A DNA stretch of 64,000 bases from Rhynchopus sp. YZ270_cl-10 (Eukaryota). Numbering within the stretch: the stretch's first letter is position 1; every line of letters starts with the position of its first letter. The notes under the pieces were generated by a model. The model worked only from the letters and a program-made list of their open reading frames with translations. It was not told the origin of the DNA and searched no databases. The stretch spans positions 1,550,001 to 1,614,000 of the forward strand of contig OZ037842.1 in the NCBI GenBank assembly GCA_964035575.1, read 5' to 3'. A program made the translations under genes and the position numbers. This document shows positions 26,227 to 37,304 of this stretch, in pieces.

Positions 26227-27942
26227 ATGGGCTGTCTCGAGCGTACACTGTCGCTTGACGGGATACTGGACACGCACAGCAGACAAAAACGAAAACTTTT
26301 CTTTATCTTAAGCTGTGCGTCCTTTGTAGCCTCGTCTGCCTTCATCCTGTTCGAGGTGGCATCCTTCCGTGAGAGCTACGTCCTCATGGCAAGTATGATG
26401 TGCTCTGTGTTTTGCAGCTTCTGTTCTCTGCTGGTTATTCTGTTAAAGTACGAACTGACCACGCTCGTCATGGTGTCAGTCGGCGGACTGTACGCTGTTG
26501 CTATACTGGGCAGTGACCTGAGTGCACGCACTGAGTATGGATACGCCTGGCCAATTATGGTGCTTTTAGTGGACTATCTCCTGGTAATGCAGCTGCCCAC
26601 ACAGTACAGCACAGCTGCCGTGGTGTGCACATTGGTGTATTTGTGTGTTATTGTTGCAGAAGAAACGTGGAGGTTTGGTCTGTTCGACATACCCGGGCTC
26701 ATGCCTCAAGAACATCGACGTTCCTTCGTAGATCGCATGGGTGACTGTGATGTGCTGCCTTGCAAGGAGAAGAAAGCTATGGCGGAGTTTATGACGGCAG
26801 CTGCCGTCTTCGTCTTTGATTTCATCGCAACGCGAGGCTTTGCACGGGGTCTCCTGAAGGAGCAGACATCAATGCAGCGTACAATCGCGACAGTGCAGGA
26901 CATCGCCTCGCTCCTTGCTGGCTACGACGTGGAGCAGGTGGCGGAGCTGTTGGAGGAGCACGGTGGTGAACTGCCTGAGGGGATGACGACAGCACTGCGG
27001 AAGTTGGAGCAGAACCTGCGTGTATACAAGGCGTACCTCCCGCAGACGTGTCTGCCGTTTGAGGACGAGAAGGACCAATGTGTGGAACCTGGTGGTGAGC
27101 TGGATGGTGCTGACAGTGACGATGAAAGTACAGTGTCAGCGGCAACATCGAGCACGTCTGCTGCAGTGCGACGTACTTCCTTCTGTGCACAGCCGCTACT
27201 GCTCTCATCCACAAAGGCAACACTGCTGACACTGAACATCAAAGACACCCTGCACCGCCTGGAGGAGGACAGTGCACGCTTCTCCGACCTCTTCACAACT
27301 GTTCTTCTGAAGACCCTGCAGGCAACAGACAGCAGACGTGGGATGGTGGACGTCTTTGTTGGGGACAGGATCCACTGCTCGTTCAACACGTCGAAGCAGT
27401 GTGCGTCGCACGCAACCTCAGCACTGCACGCAGCAAGCATGCTCATGAGAGCCGGCCTGGCAACCTCTGTGAACGTGGGTGTTGCAATGGGGACATTGTT
27501 GCGTGGTGACATGGGTTGTGATGTGATGCGCCGCTTCAGCATGGTGGGGACACTTGTGTGTGATGTGCACGGGATGGAACGTGCAGGACGTATGCTGGGG
27601 TGCGATGTTCTCTGCAACCGCCTTTGCTTCAGCGACACTGAGTGCGAACACGACCTGCGTCTGCTTCCGTGCAAGGTGGAGGTTGCTCGAGACTGCGAGG
27701 CACAGGTTGTGGCTGAGCTGGTTTCGAAGGAAGAACGTATTTTAGGAGAAGACGAATGGATGTACCAGATAGGCGGGAAGAAGCACTGGGATTTGTACAA
27801 CACAGTGGTGCGTGGGTACCTGCGTGGTGAGAGTCGTGCCACGGACGTTGCGAAGGCGTGGGTGGAGGCGGGTGGGAAGGGCACACCAGCACACGCAGTT
27901 CCTTCCGGGACGTGCAGTGTTGTGTGTTCCTATCTTCGGTGA
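26227..27942 (+). CDS. Multi-TM protein with C-terminal class III nucleotidyl cyclase-like domain, catalytically degenerate
   Basis: About 6 hydrophobic segments, then 'LRVYKAYLP', 'VDVFVGDRIHCSFN', 'NVGVAMG', 'GDMGCDVMRRFSMVG'. ATG at 26227. Confidence 0.75.
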   Translation: MGCLERTLSLDGILDTHSRQKRKLFFILSCASFVASSAFILFEVASFRESYVLMASMMCSVFCSFCSLLVILLKYELTTLVMVSVGGLYAVAILGSDLSARTEYGYAWPIMVLLVDYLLVMQLPTQYSTAAVVCTLVYLCVIVAEETWRFGLFDIPGLMPQEHRRSFVDRMGDCDVLPCKEKKAMAEFMTAAAVFVFDFIATRGFARGLLKEQTSMQRTIATVQDIASLLAGYDVEQVAELLEEHGGELPEGMTTALRKLEQNLRVYKAYLPQTCLPFEDEKDQCVEPGGELDGADSDDESTVSAATSSTSAAVRRTSFCAQPLLLSSTKATLLTLNIKDTLHRLEEDSARFSDLFTTVLLKTLQATDSRRGMVDVFVGDRIHCSFNTSKQCASHATSALHAASMLMRAGLATSVNVGVAMGTLLRGDMGCDVMRRFSMVGTLVCDVHGMERAGRMLGCDVLCNRLCFSDTECEHDLRLLPCKVEVARDCEAQVVAELVSKEERILGEDEWMYQIGGKKHWDLYNTVVRGYLRGESRATDVAKAWVEAGGKGTPAHAVPSGTCSVVCSYLR

Positions 27943-27986
27943 TTTTGTTGATTCGGCCTCGCTACTACGCCCCCGCTAAGGCCGGC

Positions 27987-28048
27987 TCAGACGTGGCTGA
28001 GGCGTACTCGGGAATACTTACGTTTAAGTGCGCCTCAGCCACGCCTGA
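27987..28048. repeat. 22-bp-arm inverted repeat downstream of the cyclase-like gene
   Basis: TCAGACGTGGCTGAGGCGTACT ... AGTGCGCCTCAGCCACGCCTGA, 2 mismatches. Confidence 0.85.
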
Positions 28049-28243
28049 AAAGTTGGTTGGTGGAAGCGTGCAATGCAACAAACGGTCGAGATCTGATCAA
28101 AGCGAAACGGATATATTTTTAATTTAGTTCAACATTTTCCCCTCTCCCCACAACCACCCATAAACAGGAAGACACTTTCGTTTAGTTGTCTTGTTTTATT
28201 TGCACGCCCCCCTCCCCTGTTCCCCTCTCCCTCCCACACCAAC

Positions 28244-30188
28244 ATGAGCGTCACACAATCAGCCATGCCACGGTACAGCGTATCACAACGACAAGTCGCT
28301 CCAATACAGCATGAACTCATACCCGCCCCTCCAAAGGGCGCTCCGTATGCAAAACATTACGCCACACCCCATTTTTTTCCCGTAGCGCGATACAGTGTAG
28401 CAAAGCGTGGATGTGAAGAAGTGGCAAGAATGGCCATCTTTTTTTGCACGTCGTGCTTGGCACGAAGTCACAAAAAATCTGTTTTCATTTTGCGAGTATG
28501 CAATACGTCTGGAAATGAAAGACGCGCTCGGTTGCCATGAGTCTTACCGTTTTTCCCTTGTGCTCCACCTCTCCCCCGTACTTCAGGACGTGGGTTTTCG
28601 GGTTGTTTGTGGATGCGATCAATAAACAACAAACAGCGAATAAATGAAGAAGGGGAAGTATTTCATTTTCAAAAATGTAATCATTTTTTTTTCCCCTCAA
28701 CCCCACAGAGGCAGCAACCCACGACCTGGCCTAATATCAGGCCCGAAGTCATCCCTCAAACCTGCGTTGCTACCTTCGATCAAGCAGGGCAAACAGTCGA
28801 CTTCGCTTGTAGTCAAGCCACCTGTGAAAAAGAGTGTTGGGGGGACACGCGCATTGCTTACTGCGGGCGATTTGAACAGCATCAAGGGTTATATCTCTAA
28901 TAATGAGCGTATACCGTTTCAGCATCGGCGTGGTGACCTGGGTAATTTGATTCCGTACAGCCCGTTTAAGAAGACGGATGACCCTGCTGATGAGGAGACG
29001 GGGCTCAAGCTTGCAGGGATGCTGCCGTTGGAGTCGAGCATCGACGTACCGATACGTTTCGACCCGCCACAGGAGTACCACTCACCGCCCGTAGTCGACC
29101 CAAAGCCCACAGCACCCCCAATCCAACAGCTCTTCGCCTTCATGAAAGGCAGCACCACACACATCCAGCCAGGCCAGACAGCGGAGCTTCTCCAGACATC
29201 AGACCTTGCAGGAACTAACCCCACCGCAAAAAGCAGCACCGGGTTCAAACCTCTCGACCCACAGGACTATAAACTGCGTGCGCTCACCTCGCGGCGCGCA
29301 GGGCAAAGGAAACACGAGGCAATCGCGTATTTTAATGCAGCGTGTCTGGCGTATACGAAAACCGACTTTGAGAAGTGCATTGAACTGTTGCAGAAAACCA
29401 TCGCGATTCTAGAGAAACTGAGCGACCGTCGGGGGCTGGCTGCGAGCCACAATATGTCTGGGGTGTGCTGCCATCGTTTGCAGCGGTATAAGACTGCGAT
29501 TCATCACTTCAAGAAGCAGGAGTCGCTTTGCGGGTCTTATGGGAAGGCGATAAGCCAGATCAACCTGGGCATTGCGTACGCAAGCCTCGGGGAGCGCGCG
29601 TATTCTGTACATGCACTTATGGATGCACTCAACAACTCACGCATGACGCAAGACATGTGTGTCGAGTCTCTTGCGCTAGGCAACCTCGGCCTAGCCTTCC
29701 TCAGAGTAGGCAACCTCAGTGCAGCGCAAGAGAACCTCGAAGCATGCATGGAGCTCTGCAGTATATGTGGTGATGAAACCGGTGCCAGCGCCTGCCTGCT
29801 CCTCCTTGGCGAAGTGTACAGCCTCGCAAAGGACCACATGCGCGCTCAATTCTATTTCTCCAACGCACTCCGCGTTGCGACAGACGGAGGGGTCAAAGAC
29901 GTCGAGCACGTTGCGCGGGTGAGTCTTGGCATCTCCCGAGGGAATGACAGCTACATAGAGTATGTGAGGGGTATTATGGTTATCACTGTGCCAATCTTTC
30001 AAAATATCTGATGCTGTTGCGTGAGGGAATAAAGGGAAAGTAGAGCTTGTAGAAGTGGGAACTGCACTATTCCAACAATTTATCAACAACAAACAACACA
30101 CACCTACAGAAAATGCACGGAAGTTGTACAAAACATCACATCGCCACGAAAGCAAAACGAAGACGAAGCGGACACCGAAGGTGGCTAG
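28244..30188 (+). CDS. Tetratricopeptide repeat protein; exons 28244-28344, 28709-29959, 30110-30188
   Basis: TPR motifs ('AISQINLGIAYASLG', 'SLALGNLGLAFLRVG', 'CLLLLGEVY'). Introns 28345-28708 and 29960-30109 are both GTATG...ACAG and phase-consistent. Confidence 0.8.
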
Positions 30189-30745
30189 AATCTGGAGGAA
30201 ATGGTGTATTTTGTTTTGTTTATTGTAACAGAGCCATCATGTCCTGTTCGAATAAAGCTACCCTGTTTCTGCTCATTTTCATTTCCTCAGATGGCAAATG
30301 AACAGACTCATTTACCAAGACGAAAGATGTGTATGCACTGTGAGACATATTCGTCTTTCAACTTTTCTTTACCTTCGGTACTGTATGGGACAATAAAAGC
30401 CCGTAGTATTCCTACCTTGGTCTTAGCCGAGAGACATTCGCTGTTTCCCCCGACGTTTAGTTTTTACGGTTACTTTTTAGGAGTATTTTCTATTTTATAC
30501 CCCTCGCCTTTACTTGCTTTCCAGCAAACACAAAAGTTGAGGTTGACAAATTCATCTTTGAACAACAATATCACGCCCCCTCCCCAACCCCCATTTTTCC
30601 AACTTTTTTCAAACCCGATTTACAAAATTTTTCCGGGGCAAACAAACCAATTTTTTTACCATTCAACCCCACAAGGAGACACACACCTGCACACATTTTC
30701 CCTTTTCTTTTTCATATGAGGGTGCACTAATAGAGGGTCTCAGTG

Positions 30746-31456
30746 ATGTGGGGGTTGGACTGCGATGAGGCTGTCGGGCATGTCCCCGCTGTTACACCAC
30801 TCCCTCTGAGGCGTTGCTCCACAGTCGACACGGATGTATCTGTCGAGCTGCCACCACCACCCTTACCTCAGGCCTTTGGGGACGGAACCCCACCGCCACC
30901 CCCGCTGCCTCATGTCAGCGATACAAGCGACCCGCACCCCTCGGGGCGACAACGCACCACACACTCCGTGCTGCCCCAGCAGGCAGGCCTGCGGTGTATC
31001 AGACGTTGGGCCGACTCCCAGCTGCTGTCGCGTACATTTCACAAATGGAGGCGGAAAGAATACACTTCAGGGGAGACGGAGCTGGTCAACGCAGTGAAAC
31101 AGCTTTCCCAAGAACGCCAGGCAGCGGTGTTGCATCTCACGGCAATACAAAATGAATACTCCGCAGTGTTGCGGGAGCGGGAGGACTGGGTGGAGAGGAA
31201 TACCGACCCGTCTGTGGTGGGTGTAGTGCATAAGGAGAAAAGCGATGGGGCAGGAGGGGGGTTTGTGGAAGCAGGGGGTGGTGGTGGAGAGAGGTCCCGA
31301 GTGCGCATCTCCAGACACCCCCAATACACCCCCACCGTCCGTCCAACTCCTCGTAGAAACATAACCTCGCCTCTCCTCCAGCCAGCCCTCCTCTCCCCGC
31401 AGGTTATCCGTGATGAGTACTCAATGAGGTCAGCAAGTACATTTACATTGAAATGA
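30746..31456 (+). CDS. Small Pro-rich/coiled-coil hypothetical protein
   Basis: 236-aa ORF with coding-like GC content between AT-rich flanks. Confidence 0.6.
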   Translation: MWGLDCDEAVGHVPAVTPLPLRRCSTVDTDVSVELPPPPLPQAFGDGTPPPPPLPHVSDTSDPHPSGRQRTTHSVLPQQAGLRCIRRWADSQLLSRTFHKWRRKEYTSGETELVNAVKQLSQERQAAVLHLTAIQNEYSAVLREREDWVERNTDPSVVGVVHKEKSDGAGGGFVEAGGGGGERSRVRISRHPQYTPTVRPTPRRNITSPLLQPALLSPQVIRDEYSMRSASTFTLK

Positions 31457-31595
31457 GTTCCAAAAAAAAATTCGCCTTTACGGAATACAGTCCTGTCCTC
31501 TCCACTTATAGCCTGGACCACACTCTGACGCAGGGATAAAAGCCTGACCCAAACCTATCTCGGGCCTAGCTAGCCTGGGTATCCAATGATCTCTG

Positions 31596-31664
31596 TTTTG
31601 TTAACTGATGAGTGGAGGCGGGAGTAGGATGTAACGGTATCCACGAAACGAAAAATTGGCGAGG
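31596..31664 (+). ncRNA. Hammerhead-ribozyme-like core (degenerate)
   Basis: CTGATGA (31605-11), stem II GTGGA/TCCAC, GAAAC (31645-49); wobble-rich stem I possible, but no canonical NUH cleavage site. Confidence 0.3.
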
Positions 31665-31744
31665 AACGGCTTCGTGGAGCTCATACGAGGAAAAAGCGAT
31701 GTGTACACCTACACGTCATCAATTATTCAAAAAAAAAATATGAC

Positions 31745-31808
31745 AGTGGAGATTGCACAACTGTGGCCAACACAACCGAGGCAACTACACTACTCCAACA
31801 ATTTATCA
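31745..31808 (+). repeat. Hairpin module family C, reference copy AGTGGAGATTGCACAACTGTGGCCAACACAACCGAGGCAACTACACTACTCCAACAATTTATCA
   Basis: Near-identical at 14148, 17994 and on the minus strand at 5373-5433; shortened at 12796, 30039, 55705; sub-type C' (AGTGGAG..CTACACTAATACAACCAAGTTTTCAn) at 14224, 54408, 55766. Confidence 0.85.
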
Positions 31809-32152
31809 AAACCTAAAAACCCAAAACGTATTGTGAATAGAATGTATATCGATCCGACAAAAATAAATTAACGGTTACCATACAGATGGTTCCATGCCGT
31901 TCCCTCCTTTTTTTAAAAATTAATTCAGGGGGGGTAGAATAAGAATTTACCCCCTAAGTTTCAAAACCCCTTTTATGAATTTGTCCACATTTTTTTTCCC
32001 TCTCTCCAAAACATTTTAGATAATTTCTCCACAACACAAAGCATTTCTCTCACTCTCTCACTCTCTTCTTCCCCCCCTCTTCCCCCTCTACAACACCCCC
32101 TTCTCACTACAGAAGAAAAACATAACCCCTCTTTTCTCAAAAAAAAAGAAAA

Positions 32153-35101
32153 ATGAATTTTGTGGCAGTAGATGAAACATCCGGTGCAGAGCGCGTTGTG
32201 GATATCGAGGCGGATGATACAGTGCGTTCCGTGAAGCGTCGTATGGGAGAGGCCTTTGGATATGATGATGACGCAACAGTACGTGTCAGTGGTGTTTACC
32301 TTGGTGGTGATGATGATGACATGCCAATGGGTGATGTCGAAGGGATTGAATCAGGGACGATCGTTAGTGTGTCGCCAAGCGGTGCGAAGTATGCCAAGGA
32401 AATCCTTGGTGGCAGCATCGAAGTTAGCGACCTCCCCCGCTGGGCGCTCCTTAAGCGCGACGTTGCGATGGCGGTTGCCACGAAGACTGGAGACCTTCGC
32501 ATTATCCCACCCATCTTCCGCGGGGACAAGGACGTAGTACTAGCCGCACTCTGCTGTAAGGAGCGAGACGACGACATGCTAGAGTTTGCCAGCCCCGAGT
32601 TGCGGGGAGACAAACAGGTAGTCGCAACCGCGTTGTCTGTGCACCCACGTTGTTTCCGTCACGCTGCTGTTGAACTGCGTGACGATAAGAGCACCGTCCT
32701 GCTTGCAGTGGAGACATGCGGACAGCATTATGAGTTGGCAAGCGAAGCGCTGCGTCGTGACAAAGATGTTGCCTTAGCCGCCATAGCAGGTGGAGCGGAG
32801 GTGCTGCACCCATGCCACGACAATGATGTTGACATTGCGCGTGCCCTCCCCTGTCTCCGATTCTGCAGTGATGCCATGCGTGACAACCTCGATGTCGTGC
32901 TTGCCGCAGTCAAAACCGCACCACACCAGGTCCGCTACGCATCAGAAAGGGTACGCAATCATACTGACGTCATCGTCGCCTGTCTCGGTCTCATCCCAAA
33001 CCTGCATTTTGAAGCAACCGACAAAGAAACAGCCCTGCGTGTAATCCGCAGGTCTACAAGCAATATGCTTCAGTACTGCAGTGAAGCGCTCTGTGCAGAC
33101 AAGGAGGTGGTGCTCGAAGCAGTGGTGAAGTGTGGCGACTCCTTGCGGCATGCGTCCGCAGCGTTGCGCGGCGACCGTCAGGTTGTTGCTGCTGCGTTGG
33201 CCACTTCGCCACGGTGCTTCGTGCACGCTTCTCCCGAGCTACGTAACGACAAAGAAATCACCCTCCTAGCAGTAAAGGCACAGCAGGACAACTACGTGCA
33301 CGCCTCAGACGAAATGCAACGCGACAGAGACGTCGCACTTGCCGCAGCATCCGCACAGTCCAACATCAACATGCCAGGAGACTTTGTGGTGCACCCCTCA
33401 CTCCGTAATGACAAAGCCATCGGCCTTGCCCTGCGGTCTCTTGTCCACCTTGGTGATGAGCTGCGTGATAACTTTGATGTTGTGAAGTGCGCCATGAAGC
33501 ACAATGGTGGGTTTGAGCTTGCTTCGCAGCGCCTTCGTGCAGAACCTGCGATTGCGTTGGAAGTGATCGTCAACAGCACTGATCCGCCTAAGGCAGCGTG
33601 GAAAGTGGTGGCGAATCAAAGGGAAATCATGCTGCGTATGGTGATGTGGAACGGTCTGCATCTGCAGCATGCGTCTGAAGCGCTGCGCGACGACAAAGAG
33701 TTTGTTCTGGAGGCTGTGCGCAACGACAGCAACGCGCTTGAGCACGCCTCCACCGCACTGCGCTCCGACTACGACTGCATCGCTGCCTCAAACCAACTCC
33801 GCACAGCGTCTGCCGCAGCCCGCTCAGACAAAGACATCATCAAGCGCCTCCTCGCTGCAGAGGATGTAAGCATGGACATCGATGAGGACGATCTCAAGCC
33901 CTTTCTCTTTGACAAAGACGTCATCATTGCTGCGCTTGCGGCAGGCGTCCTCGACTTCACCGTGGTACCACACCAATTCCACACCGACGAAGATGTGATG
34001 ATGCGCAGTGGTGGGTACTTTGCCCGCTATTCCAACAGCACCCTGCGTGAGACCAAACGCGTCGTCCTTGCTGTTGTCGCTGAATGTGGGGATAATCTTG
34101 GGGCAGCGTCTGCTGCGTTGCGCGATGACGAAGAAGTGGTGCTTGCTGCGATCGAACAGATGAGCACAGCGTATGACCATGCGAGTGTTCGGCTTAAGGA
34201 GACGCGGAGTGTTGTGCTTGCTGCGGCTGCGAATGCGGATACAGAGTTGTTTCGACGGTTTCCATCCCGCTTTGCTGATGATCGGGATGTCGTGTTGGCG
34301 GCAGTGGCATTTGATGGTTTGACACTCAAATATGCGAGCACGGCTATGCGTGACGATCCTGGTGTTGTGCTTGCCGCAGTTGAGTCAAAAGGAGAAGCGC
34401 TTCGCGCTGCATCCGAACGCATGCGTTCCAACCGAGACATAGTTCTTGCTGCTGTCCAGACAGAAGGGCATATGATTTTCATAGCTAGCCCGGACCTCCA
34501 GGAAGACCCAGAAATATGCTCCGCAGCCGTCTCCAGCGACTTCAACATCCTCGAACAGCTCAGCCCGACAATGCAAAACAACAGAGACATCGTGATAGCA
34601 TCCATCACCCATACCAACATAATTGACTCAATCAAAAAGACGCGGTGGATGGCAGACAAGGTGGTGGTCTTGGTTTGCTTGGAAATGGATGGGTCCTTCT
34701 TTGACTTTGTGAGCGCTGAGTTGAAAAAGGATAAAGAGGTGGTACAGTCTGCCTTGGAGCATGATCCGTATATGTTGAAGCATATGGACCCGGAGTTGCG
34801 GAAGGATAAGGATGTCATTTTGACGTGCGTTTCGCATGGTCTAGAATTGGACGATATGGAGGATATGGTAGGCCCCGAGGCTTCCGCGCATTGGTTAAAC
34901 CAAAAGGATGTAGTAGTGGCAGCCGTCGCCCAGGATGGCTCCCAACTGGAATATGCAAACGATACATTCAAAAACAACCTCGAAGTTGTCCTTGCAGCTG
35001 TCACCTCCTCACCAGACGCACTCCGTTACATCGGCTCTGAGATCCTCAACAACCCCGAATCAATGGCTCGAGTCACAGAAGCTTTTCATGTATTTCGTTA
35101 A
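32153..35101 (+). CDS. Ubiquitin-like N-terminal domain followed by many DUF4116 repeats
   Basis: N-terminal 'VVDIEADDTVRSVKRRM'; recurrent 'ASxxLRxDKEVVLAAV' repeats along 982 aa. Confidence 0.85.
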   Translation: MNFVAVDETSGAERVVDIEADDTVRSVKRRMGEAFGYDDDATVRVSGVYLGGDDDDMPMGDVEGIESGTIVSVSPSGAKYAKEILGGSIEVSDLPRWALLKRDVAMAVATKTGDLRIIPPIFRGDKDVVLAALCCKERDDDMLEFASPELRGDKQVVATALSVHPRCFRHAAVELRDDKSTVLLAVETCGQHYELASEALRRDKDVALAAIAGGAEVLHPCHDNDVDIARALPCLRFCSDAMRDNLDVVLAAVKTAPHQVRYASERVRNHTDVIVACLGLIPNLHFEATDKETALRVIRRSTSNMLQYCSEALCADKEVVLEAVVKCGDSLRHASAALRGDRQVVAAALATSPRCFVHASPELRNDKEITLLAVKAQQDNYVHASDEMQRDRDVALAAASAQSNINMPGDFVVHPSLRNDKAIGLALRSLVHLGDELRDNFDVVKCAMKHNGGFELASQRLRAEPAIALEVIVNSTDPPKAAWKVVANQREIMLRMVMWNGLHLQHASEALRDDKEFVLEAVRNDSNALEHASTALRSDYDCIAASNQLRTASAAARSDKDIIKRLLAAEDVSMDIDEDDLKPFLFDKDVIIAALAAGVLDFTVVPHQFHTDEDVMMRSGGYFARYSNSTLRETKRVVLAVVAECGDNLGAASAALRDDEEVVLAAIEQMSTAYDHASVRLKETRSVVLAAAANADTELFRRFPSRFADDRDVVLAAVAFDGLTLKYASTAMRDDPGVVLAAVESKGEALRAASERMRSNRDIVLAAVQTEGHMIFIASPDLQEDPEICSAAVSSDFNILEQLSPTMQNNRDIVIASITHTNIIDSIKKTRWMADKVVVLVCLEMDGSFFDFVSAELKKDKEVVQSALEHDPYMLKHMDPELRKDKDVILTCVSHGLELDDMEDMVGPEASAHWLNQKDVVVAAVAQDGSQLEYANDTFKNNLEVVLAAVTSSPDALRYIGSEILNNPESMARVTEAFHVFR

Positions 35102-35541
35102 ATTCAAGATAACTAAGCACTCTGCCTTAGGATCATCTTAAATGGGAAAATGGGATGTATTAAAAGGGGGGAAGGGAGGGGGTTATTAGGAAAAAATATG
35201 AACAATAAAACGAAAAAGAAAAAAAAAAAATGGAGAGATTTTGTGAATATTTTTTGCGTGGTAGCTAAAGTACTGCAAATCGATAATAATAATAAAATTG
35301 CCAAACGTCGAGGAGGTTTTCTTCTACAAAAAATGATGAAAACGTTGCCTCTGTTAGTAAGGTCCTAGCCTTTGGAAAAAACTGTACCAAATCCCTCCGA
35401 TTACCGTTCCTGCAAATTATAGGAGGCACCATAACGTCAACCAACGAAATCGTACAAAAAAAAACCCCCCTCCATTTTGAGAAGTTTACAAAGCAACCTC
35501 CCTCATACAAAAAAAAACCTCCCCTACCTTCTGTAGTACAT

Positions 35542-35610
35542 AGGCTTCGGCCGACATTGAGTACAGATCATTATACCAGTAGGTATAACGTGATTGTCGA
35601 TACAACAAAA
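35542..35610 (+). repeat. Hairpin module family E (GGCTTC..YCRACATT...GATTGTCGATACAAC-An)
   Basis: Related copies at ~6045, 6211, 14095, 38910, 44305. Confidence 0.65.
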
Positions 35611-35792
35611 AAAAACCCCATCCCCTCTTCCCAAACTTTCCCACAGGAAAATACACACCCGCCCTTCCCCCGCTCCCTCTCAGTATGGACTGAGTTTCTT
35701 CCCCTTTTTTTTCTTCTCTCACTCACTCCCTCTTTCTCTCTCTCCCCCCCTTTTCCCTCCCCTTTTTTGTATCATATAACAAAATCGGACTA

Positions 35793-37304
35793 ATGTCCAA
35801 ACTAACCCCAATCTGCGTACTGTTACTGCTTGGGGTGAGTGAGGGGGAGAGGGAGATTGATGTACGCGCCACGAGGGTGGCCTCACATGGGACCCTGCTG
35901 GCAGTTCTTTCCCCCGACACGGTACTGCTTTACGAGACGGATGCATTGTGGAACACCACGGAGGTGACGATCCCTTCCTCTTCTCTTTTGCCGTATGCTT
36001 CTTTCGATCTTGGCGATGCGAACTGTGGGCACGATGTTATATTCTTGAGTCCCGAATATATTGCTGTTGGCTGCGATGCTTCGATCCGTCTCCTACACAG
36101 CACCGCCTCAGGCTTGGAGGAGGTTCTCAACATCGACGACGCTGGTGTCGACTACTACCGATTCCATGTGGGCGAGGGGTATCTCTTTGCAGAACGCTTT
36201 CTGCGCGAAACCATCGACGGTGTGGAACGGTACTCTTCCCTGCACATTAAGGCCTATCGCTTTGACGACGGCCTCACATACGTCAATCAATACGATAAAC
36301 TCCGTTTTCATGACATATCTCGTGATGCATCAGGAACGCTCCTTGGGGTGTTCAGACAACATGGTGAAGGTGTCGTTCTGGCGACCTTCAAAGAAAGCAC
36401 AATGTCGATCGACAAGACGAGACCGATATTTCAGATGTTTGGCGACTACTACCCAAATCAGTGTCTCTATGAGTTGGGGATGTGGTTTTGTCTGTTCCCC
36501 TCTGGGCTCGCTTCGTATCTTCTACCAGAGAGTTTATACCCGGTGGGGTATCAACATCTGATAAGACAAATGCAGTTGTCGCATTTAAGGGTGTTGGGGA
36601 GAGGGTTGTTTGCGGTGAATATTCGGCTTCATAAAATCATGGAGTTCTATGTCGGTGATGAAGATGCAGTGATGCAGACCGTGAACGAATATCCCCTGGT
36701 GGGGCCAACCTTTGGAAACTTCGCTGTCACCCCGGAAGGGGTGTTCTGTGTGCAGGGGACGGCGCTGGAGGACAGTTTTGTTGCGGTGGTGCGGCGGCGT
36801 CCGGTGGTGATGCAGACGTTCTCCCCGAATGATGCTGATGCGCAGCTCCTTACTCCCGCACCTTCTACGGATTCGCCTTCTACCTTTGCGCCTGAGACCC
36901 CTACCCCCGACTCATCTTGGAAAGCGCACTTCGAAACAGCCGCGCCATTCGGCCTAGCAGGGGGGGTCTCCCTCGGAAGCGATGCATCGCAAATCGCGTG
37001 GTGGGTGCTGGCAGTGCCGTTGCTAGCGTTTGCGTGCATTATGTTATGCGCAGTGCATGCCTGCGTCAAATGGAGCAACCGATGGGATGCAATGCACGAA
37101 GATGAGGAAGAAGAAGAAAAAGAGGAGGAAGGGGAGAAAGAACTGCACCAGAGTGACCACGAAAATGGGTCGGTAGAGGGAGTTGGGGGTGAAGGTGGAG
37201 GGGATGGGGATGGGGATGGGGCTGTGGAAGACCTGACGCTTGTGACCGATGAGGTGCAAGTAGAGATGAGTGAAATGTCTGACGTTCAGAGCGTAGGCAT
37301 ATAG
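35793..37304 (+). CDS. Type I membrane hypothetical protein with beta-rich ectodomain and acidic tail
   Basis: Signal peptide, TPAP linker, TM 'WWVLAVPLLAFACIMLCAV', Glu-rich tail. Confidence 0.75.
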   Translation: MSKLTPICVLLLLGVSEGEREIDVRATRVASHGTLLAVLSPDTVLLYETDALWNTTEVTIPSSSLLPYASFDLGDANCGHDVIFLSPEYIAVGCDASIRLLHSTASGLEEVLNIDDAGVDYYRFHVGEGYLFAERFLRETIDGVERYSSLHIKAYRFDDGLTYVNQYDKLRFHDISRDASGTLLGVFRQHGEGVVLATFKESTMSIDKTRPIFQMFGDYYPNQCLYELGMWFCLFPSGLASYLLPESLYPVGYQHLIRQMQLSHLRVLGRGLFAVNIRLHKIMEFYVGDEDAVMQTVNEYPLVGPTFGNFAVTPEGVFCVQGTALEDSFVAVVRRRPVVMQTFSPNDADAQLLTPAPSTDSPSTFAPETPTPDSSWKAHFETAAPFGLAGGVSLGSDASQIAWWVLAVPLLAFACIMLCAVHACVKWSNRWDAMHEDEEEEEKEEEGEKELHQSDHENGSVEGVGGEGGGDGDGDGAVEDLTLVTDEVQVEMSEMSDVQSVGI

